Below are positions 20,992-29,551 of a stretch of 52,319 nucleotides of DNA, in pieces (within the stretch, counting starts at the first letter, position 1; each line of letters opens with the position of its first letter). The position numbers and the translations under genes are program-made. Source of the stretch: an uncultured Bacilli bacterium. GTDB taxonomy: Bacteria; Bacillota_I; Bacilli_A; RF39; UBA660. The stretch lies in contig CALVKO010000002.1 of NCBI GenBank assembly GCA_944332725.1, forward strand, positions 1-52,319, written 5' to 3'. Under the pieces are notes generated by a model. It was not told the origin of the DNA, did no database searches, and saw nothing but the letters and a program-made list of their open reading frames with translations.

Positions 20992-21020
20992 ATTATAACA
21001 TATAATTAATTTAAAGTAAA
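20992..21020 (-). promoter_or_regulatory. Promoter of the candidate toxin mRNA
   Basis: On the minus strand, TTTACT (21020-21015), 17-nt spacer, TGtTATAAT (-10 at 20997-20992). Confidence 0.55.
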
Positions 21021-21024
21021 CATT

Positions 21025-21048
21025 AAAACTCTCAATAACGAGAGTTTT
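21025..21048 (-). terminator. Terminator hairpin after the small membrane-protein gene
   Basis: AAAACTCTC-loop-GAGAGTTTT. Confidence 0.55.
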
Positions 21049-21051
21049 ATA

Positions 21052-21207
21052 TTACATCATTTCTTCTAATTCTTTATTCATTTTTTTCTTAGTTTTATTA
21101 ATAAATTTTTCCATTTCTTTCATAACCGGCTTGTTATATTTTTGATACATCATAGTAGCGCCGACACCAAGACCTATTAACATCATACTCTTGATAGTAT
21201 TCTTCAT
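21052..21207 (-). CDS. Small membrane protein (51 aa)
   Basis: AGAGGTGA RBS before MKNTIKSMMLIGLGVGATMMYQKY..., with one TM helix and a K/E-rich tail. Confidence 0.5.
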   Translation of the reverse strand: MKNTIKSMMLIGLGVGATMMYQKYNKPVMKEMEKFINKTKKKMNKELEEMM

Positions 21208-21263
21208 ATAAATCACCTCTTTATTAGAAAAAACGAAGGTATGTATAAACATACATTATTATT

Positions 21264-23459
21264 CTAACCTTTATTTAAAATATTATTCTTTAATTGTTCT
21301 AATAAATTAGTCTTCCTTATTTTTTCGTTATTATTGTTAATTGCATATAAAAATGCATCAGGTTCACCTATCAAAATTAATTTTTTCTTAGCACGTGTAA
21401 TACCAGTATATATTAATTTTTTGTAAAGCATCCTTTTATAACTATTAGAAATTAACATAATAACCACTTCAAATTCACTACCTTGTGATTTATGAATCGA
21501 TATAACAAATCCATGAGTTATTTTATTTAAATCTTTTGTTTCATATTTTACTAAATTACCATCAAAATCGATATAAATAAATGTTTTATTTTCTATTTTA
21601 ACAATATTTTTAATAGCGCCAATATCACCATTATAAACATTTTCTTCAGGTAAATTTACTAATTGTAATACTTTATCATTTTCTCTATAAATAACATCGC
21701 CATATTTAATCTCATTTTGATTAGTTTTGGGATTAAATATATCTTGTAATTCTTTATTTAAATTATCAATTCCATTAACACCAGCATACATTGGTGCCAT
21801 TATTTGAACTCTTTTATAATCATATCCTTTATCGATTAATTGTAGACATAATTTTTTTAAATTATCTTTAATCGAATGACATTTTAAAAATGTATAATCA
21901 CTTTTAGTTTCTAAAAACGAATCACTTAAATCATTATTTTTTATTTCGTGGGCTAAAGTAGTTATATATGAATTTTCATCTTGTCTATATAATGTATCTA
22001 AGTAAATAGTATCAATTAATTGACTTTCAATTAAATCTTTTAAGATATTTCCAGGTCCTACTGATGGTAATTGATGATGGTCACCGACTAAAATTAACTT
22101 AATATTTTTAGTTAAACCTTTAAATAAATTATTTAATAAATTTAAATCGATCATACTAACTTCATCAATTATAATTAAATGATGAGTATTTTTATTATAT
22201 TCATTAACAGAAAATTCATTAGTTTCTTTATTCCATTTTAAAAATCGATGAATTGTACTTGCTGGCAAATTGGTAGATTCACTCATTCTTTTGCTTGCTC
22301 TACCTGTTGGTGCAAGTAAGGCTATTCTATTAGTTAATTCTTCATAAGATAAATCAAATATATTTTGATATAATTCACAAATGGCTTTAATTATAGTTGT
22401 TTTTCCTGTTCCTGGTCCACCAGTAATAATAGTAATATTATTTTCTAATGATTTTTTTATTGCTTCTTTTTGCTTATCATTATATTTAATATTATTAACA
22501 CGTTCTAATTCTTCTATTCTATTATCTAAATATAATCTATCAATTTTTTTATTTTCTAAATATTTAATTGTATTAACTATATTAATTTCCGAATCATACA
22601 TTTCTTTTAAATAATACTTATCATCTACTAAAATTATTTTATTTTCATTTATTAATTCTTCTAAATATAAATCAAAATCATCAATATTTAAATCACTTTT
22701 TAAATAATTAAAAACACTTTCTAAAATTTCATCATATTCTAAATAAGTATCACTATTAGTAAATAATAATTTATTCATCATATAAATAATACAAGCCTTA
22801 ATTCTTCTTTCATCTAATATATCAACATTTAATTTTAAAGCAATTTCATCAACCTTTAAAAAAGATATAAATTCTGTTAAACAATAAGGATTATGTTCAA
22901 TATGAATTATTGTTTCACTTTTAAAATTATTATATATTTCTAAAGCATCTTTCATATTGAATCCCAATTCATTTAAATAGACTATTATTTGGTGACTTTC
23001 TTCATATTTCATTAATGTTTCATATATTTTATGGGCTTTTTTATTAGTCATTTTAGGAACTAATAACAAACATGATTCATCTTTTAATATTTCGTCTAAT
23101 ACATTTTTACCTAAAACATCAACTATAGATTGAGCTAATTTCTCGCCAATTCCTTTAAATAAATCACTAGATAAAAAGGCAACTAATCCATCTTCATCAT
23201 CTGGTTTAAGTCTTTCATATTCTAATACATTAAATTGTAATCCATATTTAGGATGATCGACTACATTTCCTTTAAAACAATACAAATCATCAATATTTAA
23301 TTCATGAAAATAACCAGTAAATGTTATTATTTTATTAATATATATTTTTAATTCTTCATTATCAGTTTCTTTTAATTTAAACAAACCAATAACATAACCT
23401 TTATCCGATTCAAAAATAGATTTGCGATAAATTCCTTTAATAAATGTCATATATGTCAC
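21264..23459 (-). CDS. recD2: RecD2-type SF1 5'-3' DNA helicase
   Basis: Walker A ITGGPGTGKTT, Walker B IIIDEVSMID, LVGDHHQLPSVGPG, ISIHKSQGSEF and YTGITRAKKKL. Confidence 0.9.
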   Translation of the reverse strand: MTYMTFIKGIYRKSIFESDKGYVIGLFKLKETDNEELKIYINKIITFTGYFHELNIDDLYCFKGNVVDHPKYGLQFNVLEYERLKPDDEDGLVAFLSSDLFKGIGEKLAQSIVDVLGKNVLDEILKDESCLLLVPKMTNKKAHKIYETLMKYEESHQIIVYLNELGFNMKDALEIYNNFKSETIIHIEHNPYCLTEFISFLKVDEIALKLNVDILDERRIKACIIYMMNKLLFTNSDTYLEYDEILESVFNYLKSDLNIDDFDLYLEELINENKIILVDDKYYLKEMYDSEINIVNTIKYLENKKIDRLYLDNRIEELERVNNIKYNDKQKEAIKKSLENNITIITGGPGTGKTTIIKAICELYQNIFDLSYEELTNRIALLAPTGRASKRMSESTNLPASTIHRFLKWNKETNEFSVNEYNKNTHHLIIIDEVSMIDLNLLNNLFKGLTKNIKLILVGDHHQLPSVGPGNILKDLIESQLIDTIYLDTLYRQDENSYITTLAHEIKNNDLSDSFLETKSDYTFLKCHSIKDNLKKLCLQLIDKGYDYKRVQIMAPMYAGVNGIDNLNKELQDIFNPKTNQNEIKYGDVIYRENDKVLQLVNLPEENVYNGDIGAIKNIVKIENKTFIYIDFDGNLVKYETKDLNKITHGFVISIHKSQGSEFEVVIMLISNSYKRMLYKKLIYTGITRAKKKLILIGEPDAFLYAINNNNEKIRKTNLLEQLKNNILNKG

Positions 23460-23479
23460 CTTTTCAATTATATCAAAAA

Positions 23480-23499
23480 AAGATAGAAATTTCTATCTT
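23480..23499. repeat. Perfect 20-bp palindrome just upstream of recD2
   Basis: AAGATAGAAATTTCTATCTT. On the minus strand it is followed by TTTTTTGATATAAT, that is, a T-run and a -10-like TATAAT. Confidence 0.7.
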
Positions 23500-23582
23500 G
23501 TAAATGTTAAAATGAAAACTGATAAAAATGTTTGTAAATGTTAAAATATATAAATGTTAAAATAAAAATTGATAAAAATGTT
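23500..23582. repeat. Short direct-repeat array
   Basis: The 32-bp unit TAAATGTTAAAAT-n6-TGATAAAAATGTT occurs at 23501-23532 and 23551-23582 with 2 mismatches. An extra GTAAATGTTAAAAT lies at 23534-23547. Confidence 0.75.
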
Positions 23583-23605
23583 AAAGTTAAAAAGTCATAA
23601 ATTTA

Positions 23606-23650
23606 ACACCAGTATTAGATATTCAATCGAATACTGGTGTCTTTATTTGT
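23606..23650. terminator. Strong hairpin, terminator-like
   Basis: An 11-bp stem ACACCAGTATT/AATACTGGTGT, a 13-nt loop, then CTTTATTTGT. Confidence 0.55.
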
Positions 23651-23771
23651 TCTACTTTCTTTTAGCAATGTAACACCACTATTGTTAGGAGCTTGTCAAG
23701 TATAGTGTGTAAATTTATTTAATAATTATAAAAATTAATATATAAAATTGTCAAAGAGCATAGTTAACATA

Positions 23772-25013
23772 TCAATCTAAATTGATATGTTTTTCATATC
23801 TATCACCAAATAACTCTATAAGTTGTAATTGTATAGTTTTAAAATTCATAATAGGTTTATACCATTTTTCTTTTAATTCTTTTATTCTTAAGAATAGTAT
23901 TTTATAAACTGATTCTTCATTAGGAAATGCCCCTTTCCCTCTAGTTACTTTTCTTAATGCAGAATTTACTGATTCTACAGCATTTGATGTATATATGGCC
24001 TTTCTAATTTCTGTAGGTAATTCAAATAATGGATCTAAATATTGCATAAAATTTTCAACTTTTTTAACTACTGAATTAAGACTAGAGAATTCTTTTTTAA
24101 AATCTTCTAGTATTAAATATGCTTTTTCTTTATCAGAACTTGTATATATTTTTTTCCAGAATTGAATAACCTTATTTGCTTGCTTTTTAGGACATATACT
24201 ATATATATTTCTAGTCAAATGTACAACACATCTTTGGGATTGAGTTTTAGGAAATACAAGTTCTAAAGAGCCTTTAAATCCTGCTATCCCATCACTAGAC
24301 ATATATAATATATCTTCAACACCTCTTGATTTCAAATCTTCAAATACATTAGTCCAAAAACTAGCAGATTCATTTTTATCAATCCACATACCTAATATAT
24401 CTTTGTATCCTTGAGCATCTACTCCTATGATTACATAAATGGCTTTTTTTTGACTGTTTATATTATCGCCTTTAATTGGAATATATAAACAATCAGCATA
24501 AGTAAAAATGTAAAGAGGTTTTAGTTTTCTATTTCTAAACTTTTCAACTTCTTCATTAACAGCAGAAATTAATCTCGTTATTTCATCTTTACCAATATTA
24601 ACACCATAAAGATCTTTTAATATTTTCTCAATATCTCTTAAACTAACGCCTTTAGCATATAAAGAAATACATTTATCTTCAAAACCAGTAAGTTTAGTTT
24701 GTCCTTTTTCTATTATAGCAGGCTTAAAACTACCTTTTCTATCACGTGGAGTTTTTACTTCAATAGAACCATATTTAGTTTCAACTTGCTTACTTTTACA
24801 ATAACCATTTCTACTATTATCACTTTTATTACGTTCATATTTAGAATATTCTAAATGATTATCTAATTCAGTATCAAGTAGTTTTTGCATAAGAGGTTCT
24901 AATAAAGAGTCAATAAAATTTTCAACATCCAAACTATTTTTAATTTCTCCATTTTTAAATTTATTAACTGCTTCTTCTATAATCATATCATTTAAAGTTT
25001 TCTCTTTTTTCAT
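23772..25013 (-). CDS. IS256/Mutator-family transposase
   Basis: Core motifs FTYADCLYIP, YMSSDGIAGF and YTSNAVESVNSALRKVTR. Length of 413 aa is typical. Confidence 0.9.
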   Translation of the reverse strand: MKKEKTLNDMIIEEAVNKFKNGEIKNSLDVENFIDSLLEPLMQKLLDTELDNHLEYSKYERNKSDNSRNGYCKSKQVETKYGSIEVKTPRDRKGSFKPAIIEKGQTKLTGFEDKCISLYAKGVSLRDIEKILKDLYGVNIGKDEITRLISAVNEEVEKFRNRKLKPLYIFTYADCLYIPIKGDNINSQKKAIYVIIGVDAQGYKDILGMWIDKNESASFWTNVFEDLKSRGVEDILYMSSDGIAGFKGSLELVFPKTQSQRCVVHLTRNIYSICPKKQANKVIQFWKKIYTSSDKEKAYLILEDFKKEFSSLNSVVKKVENFMQYLDPLFELPTEIRKAIYTSNAVESVNSALRKVTRGKGAFPNEESVYKILFLRIKELKEKWYKPIMNFKTIQLQLIELFGDRYEKHINLD

Positions 25014-25024
25014 AATACTGCTCC

Positions 25025-25795
25025 TTAAATTAATTCTAAATCTGGATAAAGTTGAATAATATCATTTAGCATTAGAATCCATTCATTCTTTTTAAATGAA
25101 GTAAAGCCAAAATAATCATCCATACCACCAAGTTTTTCATAAACTTCTTCTAAATTATTAACATAACTTTTTTGACTGTTAAAACTTAATCTTATTCTAT
25201 CATATAAATATATATTAGCGGAATGCCTAAATAATAATTTTCTAATATTAACACTATATTTGTATAAAGATTCGATATTAGTTAAATACTTTTCAATTAA
25301 TTTTTGATGAATAACATTATTGTATCTTTCTTTAAATTTTTTAAATTGCTCTTTAAAGTCAGTTAAAGTTTTTTGTACATATAAATTATGAAGTTTACTA
25401 CCGATTTCTCTAGCATTTTTTTCATAAGAAAATTTATAAAACTTAGGCATAATATCAGTAATAGAATCTATAAAAGTTATAGTAGGGAATGAAACTTTAG
25501 CAGCCTTTTTAATATTTTTATTATCATCAACAGAAAGAAATAATATATTTTTAATACCTCTAACTTTTAAATTTTCAAAACAATCAAGCCAATATCTATT
25601 ATTATTTTTTCTATCAGTATAAACATTAATTAGAGTTCTAAAACCTTTTTTATCAATACCAACTAAAGTATAAATATCTTCTTTTTCTATATATTCACCT
25701 TTTTTAATATTTATTTCATTTTTAATAGCATAAACAACCAAATAAGTATCTTCTAATCTTCTTTTTGGACAATCTGTTATAGTTAATTCTTTCAT
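25025..25795 (-). CDS. Truncated, probably inactive paralog of the IS256 transposase core
   Basis: Aligns to the core of the downstream ORF (LVGIDKKGFRTLINVY...YWLDCFENLKVRGIKNILFLSVDD). The first Asp position reads AIK, and the Glu position reads HSANIYL rather than TSNAVES. Confidence 0.6.
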   Translation of the reverse strand: MKELTITDCPKRRLEDTYLVVYAIKNEINIKKGEYIEKEDIYTLVGIDKKGFRTLINVYTDRKNNNRYWLDCFENLKVRGIKNILFLSVDDNKNIKKAAKVSFPTITFIDSITDIMPKFYKFSYEKNAREIGSKLHNLYVQKTLTDFKEQFKKFKERYNNVIHQKLIEKYLTNIESLYKYSVNIRKLLFRHSANIYLYDRIRLSFNSQKSYVNNLEEVYEKLGGMDDYFGFTSFKKNEWILMLNDIIQLYPDLELI

Positions 25796-25965
25796 CTCTT
25801 ATCCTCTCCTTTTTTCCACAAATAAAAATCTAGTATGTTTTTTTATTTACACACTAGATTATACACTATCATTGTTAGTTATACTATCTTGCCCCTCTTT
25901 TGGCCACACGACTTCGCGTGCGGCTTATAAATCCCTTCGGGATTTTACGCAATTAGTATCTTTTG

Positions 25966-27120
25966 CTAACTTGCTCCAACGACATCGTCTGGGTTTACAT
26001 ACTCTAGGGCCTCTAATTTAGAAAGGATGTTAGATTCATAGATATGGATAACTGGGCGCACGCCAACGCTGCCAGAGTAAACCACGTCGTCGCGGATGAG
26101 GATGCCGCGGTCACTCACGTACCACGCGTAATCAGGGTCAGACACAACACTGTAATTCATTGGTGTTCTTGTCCAATATCCATATCCTGCACTGTTATCT
26201 CCTGTTGTTTCTAAATTTATTGTTGCCCATTCTGGTAATAAATACTTTTCTCCTCCTGCTGCTGTTATTGCTTCTCGACATTCGCTTCCACTACTACAAT
26301 TTTGAATGCTTTCATTTTCCATATATAACGTGTTAAACTCTGTTGAATATTCACTTTCCCAATTCGCTGTTTCTCCGCTTGACTCTAATTCTTTGTAATA
26401 TTCTGTTAGTTTCAACATTTCTTCTGCTTCTGGCATTTCTATTTTATTTACTTTATTCCAATTACTTGTTCTTTCATTCATTGCTGCTAATGCTGTTATT
26501 GGGCCAAATTCATATAAATTTTGATTTTTTACTTCATCTGAATCACTATTCCAATTGCCTCCGGCACTATTATAATCTGCTTCACTTATCCACGCTACTG
26601 TTACTCCTGGTAAATTTCTATCTAATATTCCTACTATTTCATCACCATTTACTTCTAATACATAGATATTTTGCGTTTCACTATCACTTACTTGGACTTT
26701 TAATAAATCTCCTACGGCATATTTTGCTTCTGGTTTATCTAAATCTCCTTCTACCATTGCATTATCTTGTAAACTATAGATATGTCCATTACTTTTTACT
26801 TTTAGCCAAGTTAATTTATCGCTATATTCTATTTCTATTACTTTCGCATTTCCTAAGTTGACCATTGTTGGTACATTTTCTTTTGTCATACTTGATGTAC
26901 ATATTTTTGTATAATTATTATCTAATTGATATTTTACATCTTCTGTTGCACAATAGTTATTTATTCCACTATATATCATATTTGCTTCGGATAATCCTGC
27001 ACTCTTTCTTGCATCTTCTACTACGTCTAATATTATTGGGGTTGCAATAAGGGCAACTATAGCAAGTATAATTATTACTGCTAATAATTCGATTAGCGTA
27101 AATCCTCGTTTTAAATTCAT
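25966..27120 (-). CDS. Type IV pilin-signal protein with a large C-terminal lectin-like/adhesin-like domain
   Basis: Prepilin cleavage/methylation motif MNLKRGFTLIELLAVIIILAIVALIA. C-terminal GYWTRTP...YAWYVSDRG...GSVGVRPVI resembles DUF1566/DUF6273-type domains (assignment from memory). Confidence 0.8.
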   Translation of the reverse strand: MNLKRGFTLIELLAVIIILAIVALIATPIILDVVEDARKSAGLSEANMIYSGINNYCATEDVKYQLDNNYTKICTSSMTKENVPTMVNLGNAKVIEIEYSDKLTWLKVKSNGHIYSLQDNAMVEGDLDKPEAKYAVGDLLKVQVSDSETQNIYVLEVNGDEIVGILDRNLPGVTVAWISEADYNSAGGNWNSDSDEVKNQNLYEFGPITALAAMNERTSNWNKVNKIEMPEAEEMLKLTEYYKELESSGETANWESEYSTEFNTLYMENESIQNCSSGSECREAITAAGGEKYLLPEWATINLETTGDNSAGYGYWTRTPMNYSVVSDPDYAWYVSDRGILIRDDVVYSGSVGVRPVIHIYESNILSKLEALEYVNPDDVVGAS

Positions 27121-27202
27121 TATAACTCCTCCTCATATTTATAACTTACCTTGTTATATATATTATACCATATTTTTAAAAAAATATTTTTTTGAAAATT
27201 AC

Positions 27203-27718
27203 TTAATAAGTGTCATTAGGGCTAAATATACCATTATTTAGTGATTTTCTTTTTCCTTGTGTAGCACCATTATCTTTCTTATCACTAACTAAAATATCAC
27301 GATATTTTTTTAATTCAACTACTTTTTCATCTTTATCAAATGATTTTTGTAATCCTAATTGTGACATTTGATCTGGAGTAATAAAATCAGACATTGATTT
27401 TTTATATTCTTGTTTTTTAATACTTTTTTCTTTTTCAATTTCTAAAGCCAATTGATGTACTCTTTCTCTTTCTTCTTTAAAGTTATTATACATTTGCTTA
27501 GCAAAAAATACAGCACAAAGAGCAAAAATACCAGGTACCAATTTTATTTCATCATTAGATGATAATTTACCAGCAATATCCATATTTCTAATAATTCCCC
27601 AAACTATGCCTGTAGTAGTTAAACAACCGACAAAACCACCAAAACTTTTTAAAGTTTCAGAAAAATTATCACTTATAACTTCTACATAACTCTTTCTTTG
27701 TAATGAATATCGTTTCAT
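27203..27718 (-). CDS. Hypothetical membrane protein
   Basis: AGGGTGA RBS before MKRYSLQ, two hydrophobic segments and a K/E-rich C-terminal half. Confidence 0.5.
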   Translation of the reverse strand: MKRYSLQRKSYVEVISDNFSETLKSFGGFVGCLTTTGIVWGIIRNMDIAGKLSSNDEIKLVPGIFALCAVFFAKQMYNNFKEERERVHQLALEIEKEKSIKKQEYKKSMSDFITPDQMSQLGLQKSFDKDEKVVELKKYRDILVSDKKDNGATQGKRKSLNNGIFSPNDTY

Positions 27719-27765
27719 AATTATCACCCTATTTAAAGTATATTATATATAACATTTAATGTCAA

Positions 27766-29031
27766 TCACTCATTTACAATACCTATACAATACGGATACT
27801 CTATATTTATTATTTTAACTGAAACAATTTTATTAATTAAATCTTTATTTCCTTTTAATTTTATATTTAAATAATTACCGGTATGACCATATAAATAACC
27901 ATCTTTATAAGTTTCAGGAATAAATTCTAAATTTTTATTAATAAAATTATTCATATAATCTAACTCCAATTTTTTAGATAAATCAATTAAAATATGGGCT
28001 CTTTCTTTTTTAGTAACATTATCAACCTGATTATCCATTAAACTTGCTTTAGTACCTTCTCTTAATGAATAAGGAAAAACATGCAATTTAGAAAATTTAA
28101 TTTTTTTTATATTTTCTATTGTTTCTTCAAACAATAATTCTGTTTCATTAGGGAAGCCTACTATAACATCCGTTGTAATAGACATATTAGGTCTAATACT
28201 TCTTAATTTATTAATTTTATCTATAAAATAATTAATATCATATTTTCTATTCATTAGTTTTAATATTTCATTAGAACCAGATTGTAAAGGAATATGCATA
28301 TGATCTACTAATACATCATTATTATCTATTATATCCATTACGCGATCATTTATTTCAGTTATTTCAATTGAAGATATTCTTAATCGTTTTAAATCCTTTA
28401 TTTTAACTATATCGCTTAATAAATCAGCAAAATCATATTCACCATCATGATAATTTCCTGTATGAATTCCTGTTAAAACGACTTCTTTATGCCCATTTTT
28501 AACTAAATTATTTATTTCAGTTAAAACATCTTCTCTTTTTTTGCTTCTTATATTACCTCTAGTATATGGAATTATACAATAAGAACAAAAATTATTACAA
28601 CCATCTTGGATTTTAACAAAAGCCCTTGTTTTATCAAAATTATTTAATTGCATATCTTCAAATTCAGTATTAGATAAATCATAAATTTTACTAATTTTTT
28701 CTTTATAATTATTAATATAATCAATTATTCTAGTTTTATCTTTATTACCTAATACAATATCAACACCATCAATATCTAATACTTCTTCAGATTTCATTTG
28801 GGATAAACAACCACAAACTATAACTAATTTATGACTTCTTTTAATAACTTTGTGAATCATTTGAAAAGATTTGTGCTCAGCAACATTAGTGACAAAACAA
28901 GTATTGACAATGTATATATCTGCATCATCAATACTTCCTTTAACATAACCATTATTATCAAGTAAATCACTCATAACTTTTGCTTCATAAGCGTTTACTT
29001 TACATCCTAAATTAATTATATAATATTTCAT
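27766..29031 (-). CDS. mtaB: tRNA methylthiotransferase, MtaB/MiaB family (radical SAM)
   Basis: MTTase N-terminus YIINLGCKVNAYE, radical-SAM cluster CNNFCSYCIIPYTRG, and a TRAM-like C-terminus. Confidence 0.85.
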   Translation of the reverse strand: MKYYIINLGCKVNAYEAKVMSDLLDNNGYVKGSIDDADIYIVNTCFVTNVAEHKSFQMIHKVIKRSHKLVIVCGCLSQMKSEEVLDIDGVDIVLGNKDKTRIIDYINNYKEKISKIYDLSNTEFEDMQLNNFDKTRAFVKIQDGCNNFCSYCIIPYTRGNIRSKKREDVLTEINNLVKNGHKEVVLTGIHTGNYHDGEYDFADLLSDIVKIKDLKRLRISSIEITEINDRVMDIIDNNDVLVDHMHIPLQSGSNEILKLMNRKYDINYFIDKINKLRSIRPNMSITTDVIVGFPNETELLFEETIENIKKIKFSKLHVFPYSLREGTKASLMDNQVDNVTKKERAHILIDLSKKLELDYMNNFINKNLEFIPETYKDGYLYGHTGNYLNIKLKGNKDLINKIVSVKIINIEYPYCIGIVNE

Positions 29032-29546
29032 AAATTATTTCTAAAATCCTTTAAATCTTTTAAAAATTTATCATTATTATCTTTGCCAAACACAGGTGAT
29101 ATAAATTCACTATTTTTAAACTTTGTTTCTTTTTGTGGTTCTTCGTCAATCTTAATTTCTAAATTGTCCTTTATTTCTGGTTGTTCAATTTCTTCAATAT
29201 TTATTAATTCTTGTGGAACTTGCGGTTCAGCTTTTTTGATTGGTTCAACACCTTGTAATTTTTTTTCTTGGACTGCTTTAACTAATTCTTGATAACTAAT
29301 TATAGCATTTGCTTCTTGTTCTTCTTCAAATGTTGTCATAACGCGTTCTTGCTTATTTTCTTCTAACGCTTCAATGACTTTTTCAATATCTGTTTTTTCT
29401 TCTTTAACATCATCGATAGTTGTTTCAATAGGTTTAATTTTTTTAGGTTTTAATATAATTAATAAAATTATAATTAATAAAATTAAAGAAAAAGCAATTA
29501 TGAAAACATATTTATATTGTATTATATTTTCTAAAATTGTATCCAT
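29028..29546 (-). CDS. Hypothetical membrane-anchored acidic protein
   Basis: One N-terminal TM helix, an E/K/Q-rich body and a C-terminal EFISPVFG motif. ATGA overlap with mtaB. Confidence 0.5.
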   Translation of the reverse strand: MDTILENIIQYKYVFIIAFSLILLIIILLIILKPKKIKPIETTIDDVKEEKTDIEKVIEALEENKQERVMTTFEEEQEANAIISYQELVKAVQEKKLQGVEPIKKAEPQVPQELINIEEIEQPEIKDNLEIKIDEEPQKETKFKNSEFISPVFGKDNNDKFLKDLKDFRNNL

Positions 29547-29551
29547 TTACA

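Larger units (their letters stand above)
23703..25856 (-). mobile_element. IS256-family-like insertion sequence carrying two ORFs (boundaries tentative)
   Basis: A 12-bp terminal inverted repeat: TAGTGTGTAAAT at 23703-23714 and ATTTACACACTA at 25845-25856. It encloses both transposase-related ORFs. No clean target-site duplication was found. Confidence 0.5.

Noticed and set aside
23500-23582. CRISPR array or dif/Xer site. The repeats contain ATGTTAAA(A)T, which resembles the XerD arm of dif.
   Set aside because: The repeats are 13-32 bp, direct, almost contiguous and without unique spacers, so they are not CRISPR. A dif site needs two inverted 11-bp arms around a 6-bp spacer, and that arrangement is absent.
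25900-25950. G+C-rich hairpins as a possible tRNA, tmRNA fragment or other structured RNA gene.
   Set aside because: No cloverleaf, no T-loop (GTTCRANYC) and no acceptor-stem pairing. The two simple stem-loops immediately after a stop codon are better explained as 3' UTR or terminator structures imported with the G+C-rich gene end.
25893-26160. Diversity-generating retroelement variable region. The patch is ~100 bp, A-poor, at the extreme 3' end of a lectin-like domain gene, and has hairpins just downstream.
   Set aside because: I found no second (template) copy of this sequence and no reverse transcriptase or Avd-like gene anywhere in the 52 kb. The position where they would lie is occupied by the IS element. 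Kept only as something to test genome-wide.
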